A stretch of 55,043 bases of DNA from a virus (taxonomy: Duplodnaviria > Caudoviricetes), in IMG/VR virus record IMGVR_UViG_3300042479_000786, positions 1 through 55,043 of that record. One strand, given 5' to 3'. The notes under the pieces are model-generated. The model worked only from the letters and a program-made list of their open reading frames with translations, searched no databases and was not told the DNA's origin. Each line of letters begins with the position of its first letter. The first letter of the stretch is position 1. The position numbers and the translations under genes are program-made. Shown in pieces: positions 16,270 through 25,868 of the stretch.

Positions 16270-16727
16270 GCAAGAGATATTTCATAGGATGCGATCCCGG
16301 TCAGTCCGGAGGGTTCGTGGTGCTAGACCATGATCAGAACGTGATCTCCGTATTCAAGACCCCAGACAATCGAGTTGACTTTGTTGACAAGATGATGGAT
16401 CTTAAAAACCTAGATGGACAGATATTCCTGATAAAGGAACGCGTGCATTCGCAACCAAAGAACGGCGGGAAGTCAAACTTCACATTCGGATATAACATCG
16501 GAGTCTTAGAAACATGCCTGACGGTGGCAAAGATCCCGTTTCAGGACGTAACTCCTCAGACCTGGATGAAGATGTACATGATGAAGAAAGAGAAGGAGGA
16601 AGCTCACACTGCATGGAAGAATAGACTGAAGGCAAAAGCTCAGGAATTATTCCCGGACCAGAAAGTGACACTGTGGAACGCAGATGCTTTTCTCATCGCC
16701 GAATTCTGCCGCAGATACATCAAGTGA
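16266..16727 (+). CDS. RuvC-like Holliday junction resolvase
   Basis: IGCDPGQSGG, ERV, FTFG, VTPQTW, ADAFLIA motifs. Confidence 0.85.
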   Translation: MSKRYFIGCDPGQSGGFVVLDHDQNVISVFKTPDNRVDFVDKMMDLKNLDGQIFLIKERVHSQPKNGGKSNFTFGYNIGVLETCLTVAKIPFQDVTPQTWMKMYMMKKEKEEAHTAWKNRLKAKAQELFPDQKVTLWNADAFLIAEFCRRYIK

Positions 16728-16757
16728 TCTTAGCTTCTGATTATAAGCAATTAAATG

Positions 16758-16765
16758 TATATTTG
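16758..16765 (+). promoter_or_regulatory. -7 promoter box TATATTTG before the portal gene
   Basis: Intergenic consensus match. Confidence 0.6.
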
Positions 16766-16786
16766 GTCCTTGTAAAGGGTTGAAAA

Positions 16787-19081
16787 ATGGCTAAGAAGAA
16801 TACTACGAATCTACCAAACTCAGACGTTATTAGTTACCAGCCTCCTAGGCAAGATCTTACCGAGAATCAGATCATTTCTGATTACGGTGGATGGGACGAC
16901 TATGACCGTCAAATGATTCGATATTGTTCAACATTTTACAACCGGCCAAACGAATTTTACGACAGCTTCTACCAACAGCAAGCATCCGTCAAGTCGGCCC
17001 TATACAACAGAAGCTACGCTCCGGTCATTCAGATACTTGAAAATTACCGGTATTACAATGGCGAGCAGATCAACTTCAATTACTCTTTCCTTTCCAAGAC
17101 AGTAAGTGGTGACGAGATCCCTGCCCCATTCATCCCAGGCCAGAAGATTTACCAGATCGTTGAGTACCTAAAGGGCTCATATGCTTCAGTTCTTCGTGGG
17201 GCAAAGATGCGATCTAGGTCTCTATCCAAAGAGGCAGGAGGGCGCCGTTACACGCGGATGACGCTAGCGATGTTAAAGTATGACAACAAAGATATCTTCG
17301 ACTTACTAGAAGATACGTCAGGACTTGTTGTCGAACCGGTCCCGGAAGAGACGATGCAATCCAAAGAGGCAATTTATAAGTACATGGAGGAAACTCCATT
17401 TGAAACCTCCGAACGACTAGGTAACGATCTGCTTGAGTTCATCACAAGAGACAACGACTTCACTGGGAAAAGCATCCGAAGTTACTTCGACACAAAGGTA
17501 GGTAGATACTCTGGCATCATCTGCCGGGTATTGAATGGTCGAGTTGACCTTCAAACTATTCCAGGATATCAGTTGATCATAGACAATCGTGTAGATGACG
17601 ACCTTAACTCCTTCGCCAGGTTCCGAGGGATGATCGAGTACCTGACCCCTGAAGAGATCTTTGAACGATATCCATTCAACGATGTAGAGCGAGAGGAGAT
17701 CTTATCGAATGCCGGTGGACTGAATACGTTCATGGCTCCTTTCAATAGCTTCTCTGACCCTATAAACTTCCGATGGTGGTCGCCTACGAATCGTCAAATG
17801 GCTATTGTGTCCATGTACTGGATGCAGCTAGTAGACACTAGATACGTATACAAGAGAGACGCCAATAACAAGATCAAAATTCCATACGAATACAAGATCC
17901 TTAAAAAAGAAGATCCTCGATCAGGGGAGTTCTTTATCACCGTCCCTCGTCAAGGTGTTCTTATTGGGAACAAATACGTAAGGGACAATAAGTTCTGCGA
18001 TGACGTAGTATACCATCCGTCAGACAAAAAGCAGCCACTCCTTCCTTTGCATATCATCTGTCCTAATATGGTAGGCGGAACCAGTAAGTCTGTAGTAGAC
18101 CGGTTACGCGCCCATCAGGACATGCATGATGCTATCTCTTTGAGAATTCGTGATAAGATGGCCAAGGCCCACGGGAAGGTTCCGATTATCGATGGATCTC
18201 AACTTCAGGGAATGGGCGCCCTGGACCTGGAAGAAGATTTCAAGAAACTAGGATTCAGCGTTGTTAATTTAGCCAGCACAGAGGCAGGAGATCCCACTAG
18301 AGGTCCTTTGGTCCAGTATGCAGACTTTACCATGGACAACGACGTTCGTGCGCTGATCACATTAAAGCAAGAAGAAGAACGCCTGATGAATGATATGTAC
18401 AACACGTCCCCTATCGTAATGGGAACGCAGCAGACATATACCGGTTACGGAACTCAGCAGGCTGCCATCTCCCAGGCTACAATGAGTATCATCAACGATA
18501 CACAAACCCATATCCAGTTCCTATCCAACGTGCTTCAGTATGCCATTAACGTGGCGAAGAAGTACTACACATCCAAAGAAGGGCAGGAAGCCGCTAAGGA
18601 TCTATTTAACGATAGAACCATTCACCTTCTAGAGATATCAGCAGACGCTCGGTTCGAGGACCTTTCTGTTATTGTTGACATCTTGGATAACATCGATCAA
18701 ACAGAACGTAAGGAGCTGATGATGCTAGCACAGACGATCATCCCAACCGGCAACTTGGCCGCACTGGAAATGATGGTAGATCTATCTTCTCAACAAACCA
18801 AGACAGGCCTTAAGAATGCGATTGGATACATCGTATCTAGAGCTAAGCGCGAGGCGAAAGAGAAGGAAGATGCAATAGCAGCTCAGCAGATGCAGATGCA
18901 ACAGCAGCAACTCGAGGCTCAGGCCGACATGCAAGAGTCTCAACTCGAAAGCAAAGAGTATGCAACCCAATCTACAAATGACACCAAGCTAGCTGCTAAA
19001 GCAATGGATCTTGAGGCGAAGGGAATTACTCCAGAAGGAGGAGCTCCGATGGCGCCACAAGGTCCGCAAGCCCCTATGTAA
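16787..19081 (+). CDS. portal protein
   Basis: 764 aa; NYRYYNG N-terminal motif, SVVDRL..HQ, Gln-rich C-terminal barrel; lies before scaffold and capsid genes. Confidence 0.8.
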   Translation: MAKKNTTNLPNSDVISYQPPRQDLTENQIISDYGGWDDYDRQMIRYCSTFYNRPNEFYDSFYQQQASVKSALYNRSYAPVIQILENYRYYNGEQINFNYSFLSKTVSGDEIPAPFIPGQKIYQIVEYLKGSYASVLRGAKMRSRSLSKEAGGRRYTRMTLAMLKYDNKDIFDLLEDTSGLVVEPVPEETMQSKEAIYKYMEETPFETSERLGNDLLEFITRDNDFTGKSIRSYFDTKVGRYSGIICRVLNGRVDLQTIPGYQLIIDNRVDDDLNSFARFRGMIEYLTPEEIFERYPFNDVEREEILSNAGGLNTFMAPFNSFSDPINFRWWSPTNRQMAIVSMYWMQLVDTRYVYKRDANNKIKIPYEYKILKKEDPRSGEFFITVPRQGVLIGNKYVRDNKFCDDVVYHPSDKKQPLLPLHIICPNMVGGTSKSVVDRLRAHQDMHDAISLRIRDKMAKAHGKVPIIDGSQLQGMGALDLEEDFKKLGFSVVNLASTEAGDPTRGPLVQYADFTMDNDVRALITLKQEEERLMNDMYNTSPIVMGTQQTYTGYGTQQAAISQATMSIINDTQTHIQFLSNVLQYAINVAKKYYTSKEGQEAAKDLFNDRTIHLLEISADARFEDLSVIVDILDNIDQTERKELMMLAQTIIPTGNLAALEMMVDLSSQQTKTGLKNAIGYIVSRAKREAKEKEDAIAAQQMQMQQQQLEAQADMQESQLESKEYATQSTNDTKLAAKAMDLEAKGITPEGGAPMAPQGPQAPM

Positions 19082-19125
19082 AGGAATAAATTTGTTTTTT
19101 ACTAAATTCTCCATAAATTGCACCC

Positions 19126-20190
19126 ATGAGCAAAGTAACAACGACAACCAATCCAGAAGAAGTGATCGACAATCAAGTGGTAGATCCAAATGTGGTAGAC
19201 CCAGCAGCTCAAGCTGCAGCAACTGACGAACCAGAAGCTGTAGATCCAGCCGTTGATCCGAATGTCGTAGCAGCCGATGACGACGATATCTCTGATGACG
19301 AACTAGACGGATTTGTCCGGCCCTCATTCTTTTCGAATACAGGCGTAGCTGCAGCAGACCCGGCTACTCAGGCGCCTACGGATAGCCAAGAGCTAGAACG
19401 ACTTCGGTCTGTCGAGCAGGATTACCTTTCATTGAACTCGGACCCACTAGTGGAAGCTGCGTTCAATTTCCGCAAGTCAGGAGGGACTGATGTCATGGCG
19501 TTCGTAAACGAACTCACTGGCGGATACAAAGACATCAACAAAATGTCGATGGATGAGATGTATGAGACCAATTACCGTAACGGTATTGCGAAAAGATACA
19601 ATCTCACAGAAGACGATATCGAAGAAGCCCTAGAGGACTTCAATAACCTGTCAGCTGCAAAGAAGGCAGAGATAATCGATCCGATCCGCGAAAAGCTGGA
19701 AGCGGAATCGAAAAACGGAATTAAGACCCTCAGCGAAAAGTTCGCTGGTCAATATAAAGGTCAAGAAGAGAAGGTCAAAGCATTCGAGGATAGAGAGCGC
19801 AAATCTATCCAGGATCTTGACACTAAACTGGATGCATTAGTAGGCAAGACACTACACAGAGTTCAAGTAACCACTGAGATGGCAAAAGAACTACGCGAGT
19901 CCGCCATGAAGTTTGCAATCCGAAATCCAGAGACCCTGGAAGCAGATGTTGACGCCACCATCTCAATGTGGATGTGGATGCTCAATGGCGAAAAGGTTCT
20001 CAAGCAGCACATTCGTTACGGTCAAAACAGAGGACTGGAAGCTGGTGTAATCGGTAGGTCGAATGGAAACGCAAGCCCGATTAAGACCAATAGCTCATCA
20101 GTTGGATCTGGAAGTGACAAGTACGAGCAATTAAAACAAAAGACTGGAGGCAAACTGCCTCGAGTCGGGAACTCATCTCCAACTAATTAA
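19126..20190 (+). CDS. putative capsid scaffolding protein
   Basis: Acidic VDP-repeat N-terminus, coiled coil, basic tail; between portal and major capsid genes. Confidence 0.65.
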   Translation: MSKVTTTTNPEEVIDNQVVDPNVVDPAAQAAATDEPEAVDPAVDPNVVAADDDDISDDELDGFVRPSFFSNTGVAAADPATQAPTDSQELERLRSVEQDYLSLNSDPLVEAAFNFRKSGGTDVMAFVNELTGGYKDINKMSMDEMYETNYRNGIAKRYNLTEDDIEEALEDFNNLSAAKKAEIIDPIREKLEAESKNGIKTLSEKFAGQYKGQEEKVKAFEDRERKSIQDLDTKLDALVGKTLHRVQVTTEMAKELRESAMKFAIRNPETLEADVDATISMWMWMLNGEKVLKQHIRYGQNRGLEAGVIGRSNGNASPIKTNSSSVGSGSDKYEQLKQKTGGKLPRVGNSSPTN

Positions 20191-20198
20191 CAACGAAA

Positions 20199-21557
20199 AT
20201 GGCTAATCAAGTTTCGAACCTCAATATTGAGGACAATCTATACAGCCGCGCTCTGAATGATCGTAATGATTTCAGCCGAGTATATGACCTTTCTGGTGGT
20301 TACTCTAAACTGTTAACAATCATCAACATCCTGAACGCCGGTAATTCAAAATCAATCGATACTGATAAATACGAAAAATCATTCATGACGAATGGTTACG
20401 TAATTTCTCAGATTGCATCTTCAAGCACTTCAGGTGCGAATGTTATCGTTGTATTGGCAGACCCAACTTACGATAACTTCCGCGTGAATGACCTCGTTAT
20501 GTGCGAGTCTTTGGAAGTTCAAGGTATCGTCGTTGCTAAAACACCAGGCTTGGTAACAATTACGCCAGCTCCAGGCGGAACAACTACAGCTCAACTAGCT
20601 GCTGAATTCGTATTGAATAAATTCATGAAAGCATATGGCGATGCGCAACCTTTGCGTAACTCCGTAGGTCGTGAGTCTCTTTACCAATTCCCGGATGTTG
20701 ACTTCAACTACACTCAAGTTATTCGTGAGAGTACTTCAGTGAGCCGTCGTGATAAAATCAAGTCCCGCGTTATGTGGGAAGGCGGAATGTGGTGGGAAGC
20801 TCAACAGCCTTTGGCAATCGAAATGATGCTTAAGCGCAAGGAGTTCATGTCCCTATGGGGTCGTCGTGGAAAAGGAACAATCAATGGACAAGAAGTGAAT
20901 ACCAACGGTGGTATTGACTGGGCGATTAAAGAGCGTCCTGTTGGACGTGGCGTTTATTACCCACTTGCTTCGTTGCCATCCGAATCTACATTCGAGAAGT
21001 TCTTGTCTGATGTATACGATCGCAAAGCTCAACAAGGAGAGAAATTCTTGATGATGGGCCGAGGTATGCTTCATCATATCCAGAAGAACTTTACTAAAGA
21101 CTTCATCCAGTATGCAGGTACATTGAACACGTTCGGTGGCTCTGATGTTACTGGCTTGAACGTAATGCAGTACAGCGTTGCTGGCATGAAGTACAACTTC
21201 ATGGAAATGCCTATCCTGAACGACCCAGACTTCTTCCCAGAGGCAGCAGGCGTACCGGGTGCTAACTTCCGTAAGCGTCAGTACGATTGCTATTGCCTTG
21301 ACTTGGATCCAATCCCAGTAAAAGGTGGCGGAACAGCTCCGGCTATTGAGAAAATTCACTTTGGTGGAAGCGAGTACTACGAAGCGTTTATCGCAGGTAT
21401 GGACTCAGCACCTTCAGGTGGTGTTTCTGACAGTGCTATTCAAGCGGCAGCTGCCACTCGCGTAGTTACTGATGTAGACAACTCTACATATCACGTTATG
21501 TCCGATTGCGGCTATGACATGATCGGGAAATTCTCTGGTAAAATGGAGCTTATCTAA
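20199..21557 (+). CDS. major capsid protein
   Basis: 452 aa; NYTQVIR and E..SLWGRR..TNGGI motifs typical of HK97-fold capsids; high-expression-like codon use; synteny. Confidence 0.8.
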   Translation: MANQVSNLNIEDNLYSRALNDRNDFSRVYDLSGGYSKLLTIINILNAGNSKSIDTDKYEKSFMTNGYVISQIASSSTSGANVIVVLADPTYDNFRVNDLVMCESLEVQGIVVAKTPGLVTITPAPGGTTTAQLAAEFVLNKFMKAYGDAQPLRNSVGRESLYQFPDVDFNYTQVIRESTSVSRRDKIKSRVMWEGGMWWEAQQPLAIEMMLKRKEFMSLWGRRGKGTINGQEVNTNGGIDWAIKERPVGRGVYYPLASLPSESTFEKFLSDVYDRKAQQGEKFLMMGRGMLHHIQKNFTKDFIQYAGTLNTFGGSDVTGLNVMQYSVAGMKYNFMEMPILNDPDFFPEAAGVPGANFRKRQYDCYCLDLDPIPVKGGGTAPAIEKIHFGGSEYYEAFIAGMDSAPSGGVSDSAIQAAAATRVVTDVDNSTYHVMSDCGYDMIGKFSGKMELI

Positions 21558-21586
21558 TCTTTGTTTAACTTTTAAAAACTAGAAAA

Positions 21587-22363
21587 ATGAGCTCAACACA
21601 ACCATTATATTTGTTCCTTAATACGGTACAAGCCGCAGGAGCAGATGTTGTAGTATCTGAAGGTCTTGCGACCGTAGGCGCATCTACAAACATCAGCCCA
21701 GCAATGCGTGTTCCGTTAATTTCGGACATCGCCCTTAAAACAGGCGCTGCAGCTGTTGCTCGTCAACAAACTGCATTGATCGCAGGGACTCCATCAACTG
21801 CTGGCACAGCATATTCGCTACAAGTAACTCAGTTACTAGGAAGCCAATGGACAACAGTCTATGCGTCGTATGTTACAGTTACTGGCGATACTGCTATTAT
21901 CGTAGCAGGTAAAATTGCATCTGTGCTAACAAAGCTTATTTCAACCGGAGGAATTGCATTAGCATCTGCTGCTAATTCTGGAACAGCTACGATCACAATG
22001 ATCGGATCTGCAGGAAATCCTCTGTTTGTTTCAGCTGCCTTGGAAGGAACAATCACAATCACTCAAACCGTTGCAGGAAACGAAGCGGCTGGAGTAGGTT
22101 CTGATTTGATCGCCGAAGGAATTGTAGGAGTAGAAGCTCAACCAGTAGCGGCTACAGTGTACAGCCTGGCTCTTTTTACATACGGTAATCCAGTTAATTC
22201 TGGAAACACTATCGTTCGTAATCAAGATGGCATCTTGTATGTGTACTACGATTCTGCCTCAGCCAATGCAGCTGCGTTCATCACAGCAGGTATTGCAGCT
22301 AAATTGACTACAATTACATCTGCTACAAATGCAGGTTTAGCCGTGTCAGTTCCGCAAGACTAA
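21587..22363 (+). CDS. putative auxiliary capsid/decoration protein
   Basis: Ala/Thr/Gly-rich, directly after the major capsid gene and before a strong terminator. Confidence 0.55.
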   Translation: MSSTQPLYLFLNTVQAAGADVVVSEGLATVGASTNISPAMRVPLISDIALKTGAAAVARQQTALIAGTPSTAGTAYSLQVTQLLGSQWTTVYASYVTVTGDTAIIVAGKIASVLTKLISTGGIALASAANSGTATITMIGSAGNPLFVSAALEGTITITQTVAGNEAAGVGSDLIAEGIVGVEAQPVAATVYSLALFTYGNPVNSGNTIVRNQDGILYVYYDSASANAAAFITAGIAAKLTTITSATNAGLAVSVPQD

Positions 22364-22382
22364 TCTGTATACAGATTCTAAC

Positions 22383-22412
22383 AAAGGGCCGGGATTCGTT
22401 CTGGCCCTTTTT
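22383..22412 (+). terminator. intrinsic terminator
   Basis: AAAGGGCCGGGA-TTCG-TTCTGGCCCTTT followed by T residues. Confidence 0.85.
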
Positions 22413-22443
22413 GTTTCTAGCAAATAAATAATAAAAATATTTA

Positions 22444-22451
22444 TATCTTTG
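22444..22451 (+). promoter_or_regulatory. -7 promoter box TATCTTTG
   Basis: AT-rich intergenic consensus match. Confidence 0.65.
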
Positions 22452-22470
22452 TATCATAAACTAAAACGTA

Positions 22471-23418
22471 ATGGCAAAAGAAACACTTGTACTGATGCCT
22501 TCTGGGCTATCAGGATCTGGACTCAGAATGTTCCAGTATTCATACTACGATAGCGCAAAGCGCAAGCAGGTGAACTTCTTAGTGAATGGTACCGTCTATG
22601 AGGGATCGCTAGCTATCGGACGTGATCCAAACCAACAACGAGAAGAAAAGAAGATTTCCTTCGATGCTACAAACTTGAAGTATTCGATCTCATACGATAC
22701 TGATGAGAAGACCTCCGCAGATTATATCGAAGCTCAGTTCATCATTAACCATCCAAATGTATTCAGCTCAAGTGGAAAGCAGAACGCAAACTACTCCGGG
22801 AAGACGCTTTGGATCGCAGAGCTTCAGCAGCAGTCGATAGAGAACTCATACAACGACATGCTTAAGCGCCTGGATGTAATGAACACATTCCTTAAGATGT
22901 CTCCTTATTCATGGAGAGAATGTGCATTTCGCTTCGGAGTAAACCCAACCAAGAAGGGGCCTCATGAAATCGCGGCAGAGCTTGTCAATACAAAGAATGG
23001 AGTCATCCTTCAGACAATCGAAAACTGCGAGGAATTCTTTAAATGGAAGTCTACTTTCCACAAAGACGATCCGAAGTCTGTAGCAGAAAAGGCGTCTGCG
23101 CTAGGTATCATCAAACGAGACAACGAAACGTACAAGTTTGACAACAATCCTATCGGAAGAACCATTGATGAGGTTACAGCGGCGCTTACCGCTGACAGAA
23201 CAACCCTTCGTCAGGTGATCAAAGACATTGACTCCAATGACTATGATCTAGCAGATTACATCGAACGAGTGGAGCTTCACTTCCCGAAAGAATACGACTC
23301 CTCTGGATCAATCAAGAAGGTTGACCCTATAAATAAAGAAGAAGTCGATCATGTCTCCGCGGCACTGGAGTCTTCCGAATCGACCTCCAGGTCGCCAAAG
23401 AAGACCATCACAGCATAA
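22471..23418 (+). CDS. hypothetical protein (morphogenesis region)
   Basis: 315 aa with its own promoter box and terminator. Confidence 0.75.
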   Translation: MAKETLVLMPSGLSGSGLRMFQYSYYDSAKRKQVNFLVNGTVYEGSLAIGRDPNQQREEKKISFDATNLKYSISYDTDEKTSADYIEAQFIINHPNVFSSSGKQNANYSGKTLWIAELQQQSIENSYNDMLKRLDVMNTFLKMSPYSWRECAFRFGVNPTKKGPHEIAAELVNTKNGVILQTIENCEEFFKWKSTFHKDDPKSVAEKASALGIIKRDNETYKFDNNPIGRTIDEVTAALTADRTTLRQVIKDIDSNDYDLADYIERVELHFPKEYDSSGSIKKVDPINKEEVDHVSAALESSESTSRSPKKTITA

Positions 23419-23435
23419 TCGCTCAACCAAACACT

Positions 23436-23460
23436 AAAGCTACCAATCGGTAGCTTTTTT
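23436..23460 (+). terminator. intrinsic terminator
   Basis: AAAGCTACC-AATC-GGTAGCTTT-TTT. Confidence 0.75.
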
Positions 23461-23463
23461 GTT

Positions 23464-23471
23464 TATATTTG
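23464..23471 (+). promoter_or_regulatory. -7 promoter box TATATTTG for the basic-protein cluster
   Basis: Consensus match 17 nt before ATG 23489. Confidence 0.6.
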
Positions 23472-23488
23472 ATTCGCAAATTCATTAT

Positions 23489-23668
23489 ATGGCAACTCCT
23501 AAAAAACACCCAGGATTCAAGGCTGTACAGAAGAAGATCGCCGCAAAGCAAGGCATCTCGATGGACCGAGCAGGAGCGATCCTGGCGACTTCAGCTCGAA
23601 ATGCATCTCCAGCAGCTAAGCGTAAAAACCCAATGCTCTCTCATGTAAAAGGGAAAGCAAAAAAATAG
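23489..23668 (+). CDS. small basic protein 1 (59 aa)
   Basis: MATPKKHPGFKAVQKKIAAKQG...; 15 K/R versus 1 D/E. Confidence 0.75.
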   Translation: MATPKKHPGFKAVQKKIAAKQGISMDRAGAILATSARNASPAAKRKNPMLSHVKGKAKK

Positions 23669-23672
23669 CATC

Positions 23673-23825
23673 ATGCCTACTAAAAAAGGGCTATACGCCA
23701 ACATACACGCGAAGCAGAGTCGAATCAAAAAAGGATCTGGTGAAGTTATGCGAAAGGTTGGATCCAAAGGAGCACCAACAAATAAGGCATTCGTTAAATC
23801 AGCAAAAACAGCTAAAATAAAGTAA
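23673..23825 (+). CDS. small basic protein 2 (50 aa, not in ORF track)
   Basis: MPTKKGLYANIHAKQSRIKKGSGEVMRKVGSKGAPTNKAFVKSAKTAKIK; GLYANIHAK motif recognised from other phages. Confidence 0.75.
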   Translation: MPTKKGLYANIHAKQSRIKKGSGEVMRKVGSKGAPTNKAFVKSAKTAKIK

Positions 23826-23827
23826 CC

Positions 23828-24301
23828 ATGGCAACTAAGGCAATGATGTCATCACCTAAGAGAGATGGTGGTATCCCGAAAACGAGAAAGTCCTTATTTG
23901 GCAATAAGGAGATCACCACATCACGCGATAAGAATCCCAAGACCAATCTTATTGTAAAATCTAAGTATACAAAAAGTCCTGACGGAACCTCCAAAACAAA
24001 AATAGTTGAAAAGAAGCCGGGCCCTTTCGCAAGAAAGGAAACCACAACTATATACAGAGGTACTAATCAGGATGATGTAATGACTGAGAAAAGGATTAGA
24101 AAGAAAGGCGTCCTGCCAAAAGTCAAGACAACAACGACCGATAACTTAATGAGAGAGAAGTCAGTAAAGAAAAACTTTCTTTACAAACTAGGAAGCAGAG
24201 GAGAGCGGAAGAAAATGAAAGGCGACGTAAGGGGTGAGTCAGAGCGATTTACACCAAAAAACTGCTTAAAGGGAAGTTGTTCTGCAGGTTTAAAAAAGTA
24301 A
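23828..24301 (+). CDS. basic protein 3
   Basis: 157 aa, K/R/T-rich. Confidence 0.7.
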   Translation: MATKAMMSSPKRDGGIPKTRKSLFGNKEITTSRDKNPKTNLIVKSKYTKSPDGTSKTKIVEKKPGPFARKETTTIYRGTNQDDVMTEKRIRKKGVLPKVKTTTTDNLMREKSVKKNFLYKLGSRGERKKMKGDVRGESERFTPKNCLKGSCSAGLKK

Positions 24302-24324
24302 CAAACCATTTTAACAAAATAATC

Positions 24325-24723
24325 ATGGCAATCAAAAAAATGAAAGATGGTGGACCAGGTAAACCATCAAAGGGCTCGTCAGCGTCAAAGTCATTGATCC
24401 CTAAAAAGCCGTTCAAGCAACCAATGACAAATGCTCAGACAGATGCAAATAATGCATTTACTGATAGACGAGAGCGTCGTCAAATGCGTACTGCCGTTGG
24501 AGGGGTCGTTGGAGGTACACTAGCAGCCCTGGCGAACACACCAGGAGGCAGAAAGGCCATTAAAAAAGGAGCAAAGGCAGTAGTCGGCGTTGCTAAGAAG
24601 ATCGGCCCAGCAGTAAAGAATCTAGTTCAGAGAAACAAGGATTTCATTTCAAATCCTGAAACAGGAAAAATGGAACGCGTCCCTCGCGCCAAGAAGGCAA
24701 AAGTTGAAACCAAATCTAAATAA
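24325..24723 (+). CDS. basic protein 4 (with one Gly-rich hydrophobic segment)
   Basis: Start moved to ATG 24325; K-rich, contains AVGGVVGGTLAALA. Confidence 0.7.
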   Translation: MAIKKMKDGGPGKPSKGSSASKSLIPKKPFKQPMTNAQTDANNAFTDRRERRQMRTAVGGVVGGTLAALANTPGGRKAIKKGAKAVVGVAKKIGPAVKNLVQRNKDFISNPETGKMERVPRAKKAKVETKSK

Positions 24724-24732
24724 TTCTCTATC

Positions 24733-24894
24733 ATGGCAAAAATGGTAAAAGAAAAAAAGACCGGTGAAATGTACTCTAGCAAAAAAGCTATGATGAAACA
24801 TGAGAAATCCGAAGGCCCTAAAATGCGGGCGATGGAATATGGCAAGAAGAAAGCAGGTAAGGCTGCTCCTGGGAAGTCAAAGAAGATGTGCTAG
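24733..24894 (+). CDS. small basic protein 5 (53 aa, not in ORF track)
   Basis: MAKMVKEKKTGEMYSSKKAMMKHEKSEGPKMRAMEYGKKKAGKAAPGKSKKMC. Confidence 0.7.
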   Translation: MAKMVKEKKTGEMYSSKKAMMKHEKSEGPKMRAMEYGKKKAGKAAPGKSKKMC

Positions 24895-24936
24895 TAGCTC
24901 ATCTTTAGAATAGTTATATGCGACACATGTAACATC

Positions 24937-24960
24937 AAAAGGGCGCTTCGGTGCCCTTTT
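24937..24960 (+). terminator. intrinsic terminator
   Basis: AAAAGGGCGC-TTCG-GTGCCCTTTT. Confidence 0.8.
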
Positions 24961-24988
24961 GTATTTGGCGCTCTTTTGATTACATTTG
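24958..24988 (+). promoter_or_regulatory. promoter TTTG-N19-TACATTTG
   Basis: Full consensus; the -33 box overlaps the terminator T tract. Confidence 0.7.
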
Positions 24989-24992
24989 TTTC

Positions 24993-25868
24993 ATGACAGG
25001 CCAGGAAATAAACAAACTATTTGAGCAACAGATCGGTCAGACATACTCTGGCATTGAGGATATCTTCAAAAAGCAAAGAAGATTCGATCGGGCGCTAATC
25101 GATGCCATCGAGGATAAGTATGGAAAATACGCACTGGACCAGCAGTACGAAGAACTCTCTTCATTCATAAAGACAGAAGAGCCTATGTCAATTGACCCGG
25201 GTTCAACTAATGAAGTGTCATTGATCACCAATAAGATTAATCACATCTTATCTGCAAAGGCAAAGTACTACACCCTTTTAACAGATACAGTCATTGTCAG
25301 CGTGTCGAATACCACCCCTATTATTGTGGAGCTATTCAATCCTAACAATATCAGAAAGGGAGATAGGTTATTGATAACCGGTATCGCTGGCAATACAGCA
25401 GCAAATGGCGAGCATTACGTAACGCCATTGAATAGATTTAAGTTCGCTTTGTACAGCACCCCTGGCACCGGTAGTCCTGTTGCAGGAAACGGAGACTACG
25501 CTCCATCCGCCGGTGTTTCTATTTCAAAAGTCAGCTACAATTACTGCCAGCTAATAAAGGCAGACGAAAAGATTTCAGCATGGAAGACCGGAACAAAAAG
25601 GTTTCCATTGTATGAGTATTCCGAGACCTTTGCCAAGTTCTATCCTAACGATGCGCTAGAAGGGTTCCCTGCAGAGGTAACGATGAACTATGTGACATCT
25701 GATGTTAGGACCATAGATCTTACTGATGGAGTCTTCGATTACACAACAATATACCCTGAGAAATTCATTTACAACGTGATCTCGTTCGCAGCTAAAAGCT
25801 TTGATCTGTCTTTCAGAGATTATACGGCAGCTCAAGCAGCTAACCAAGATATAATGACCAACCCATGA
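24993..25868 (+). CDS. putative ring/tail adaptor protein with a beta-rich insert
   Basis: Start ATG 24993; insert VSNTTPI...GDRLLITG..GNT..NG.HYV resembles the E1-FCCH-like domain of phage tail proteins; synteny. Confidence 0.55.
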   Translation: MTGQEINKLFEQQIGQTYSGIEDIFKKQRRFDRALIDAIEDKYGKYALDQQYEELSSFIKTEEPMSIDPGSTNEVSLITNKINHILSAKAKYYTLLTDTVIVSVSNTTPIIVELFNPNNIRKGDRLLITGIAGNTAANGEHYVTPLNRFKFALYSTPGTGSPVAGNGDYAPSAGVSISKVSYNYCQLIKADEKISAWKTGTKRFPLYEYSETFAKFYPNDALEGFPAEVTMNYVTSDVRTIDLTDGVFDYTTIYPEKFIYNVISFAAKSFDLSFRDYTAAQAANQDIMTNP

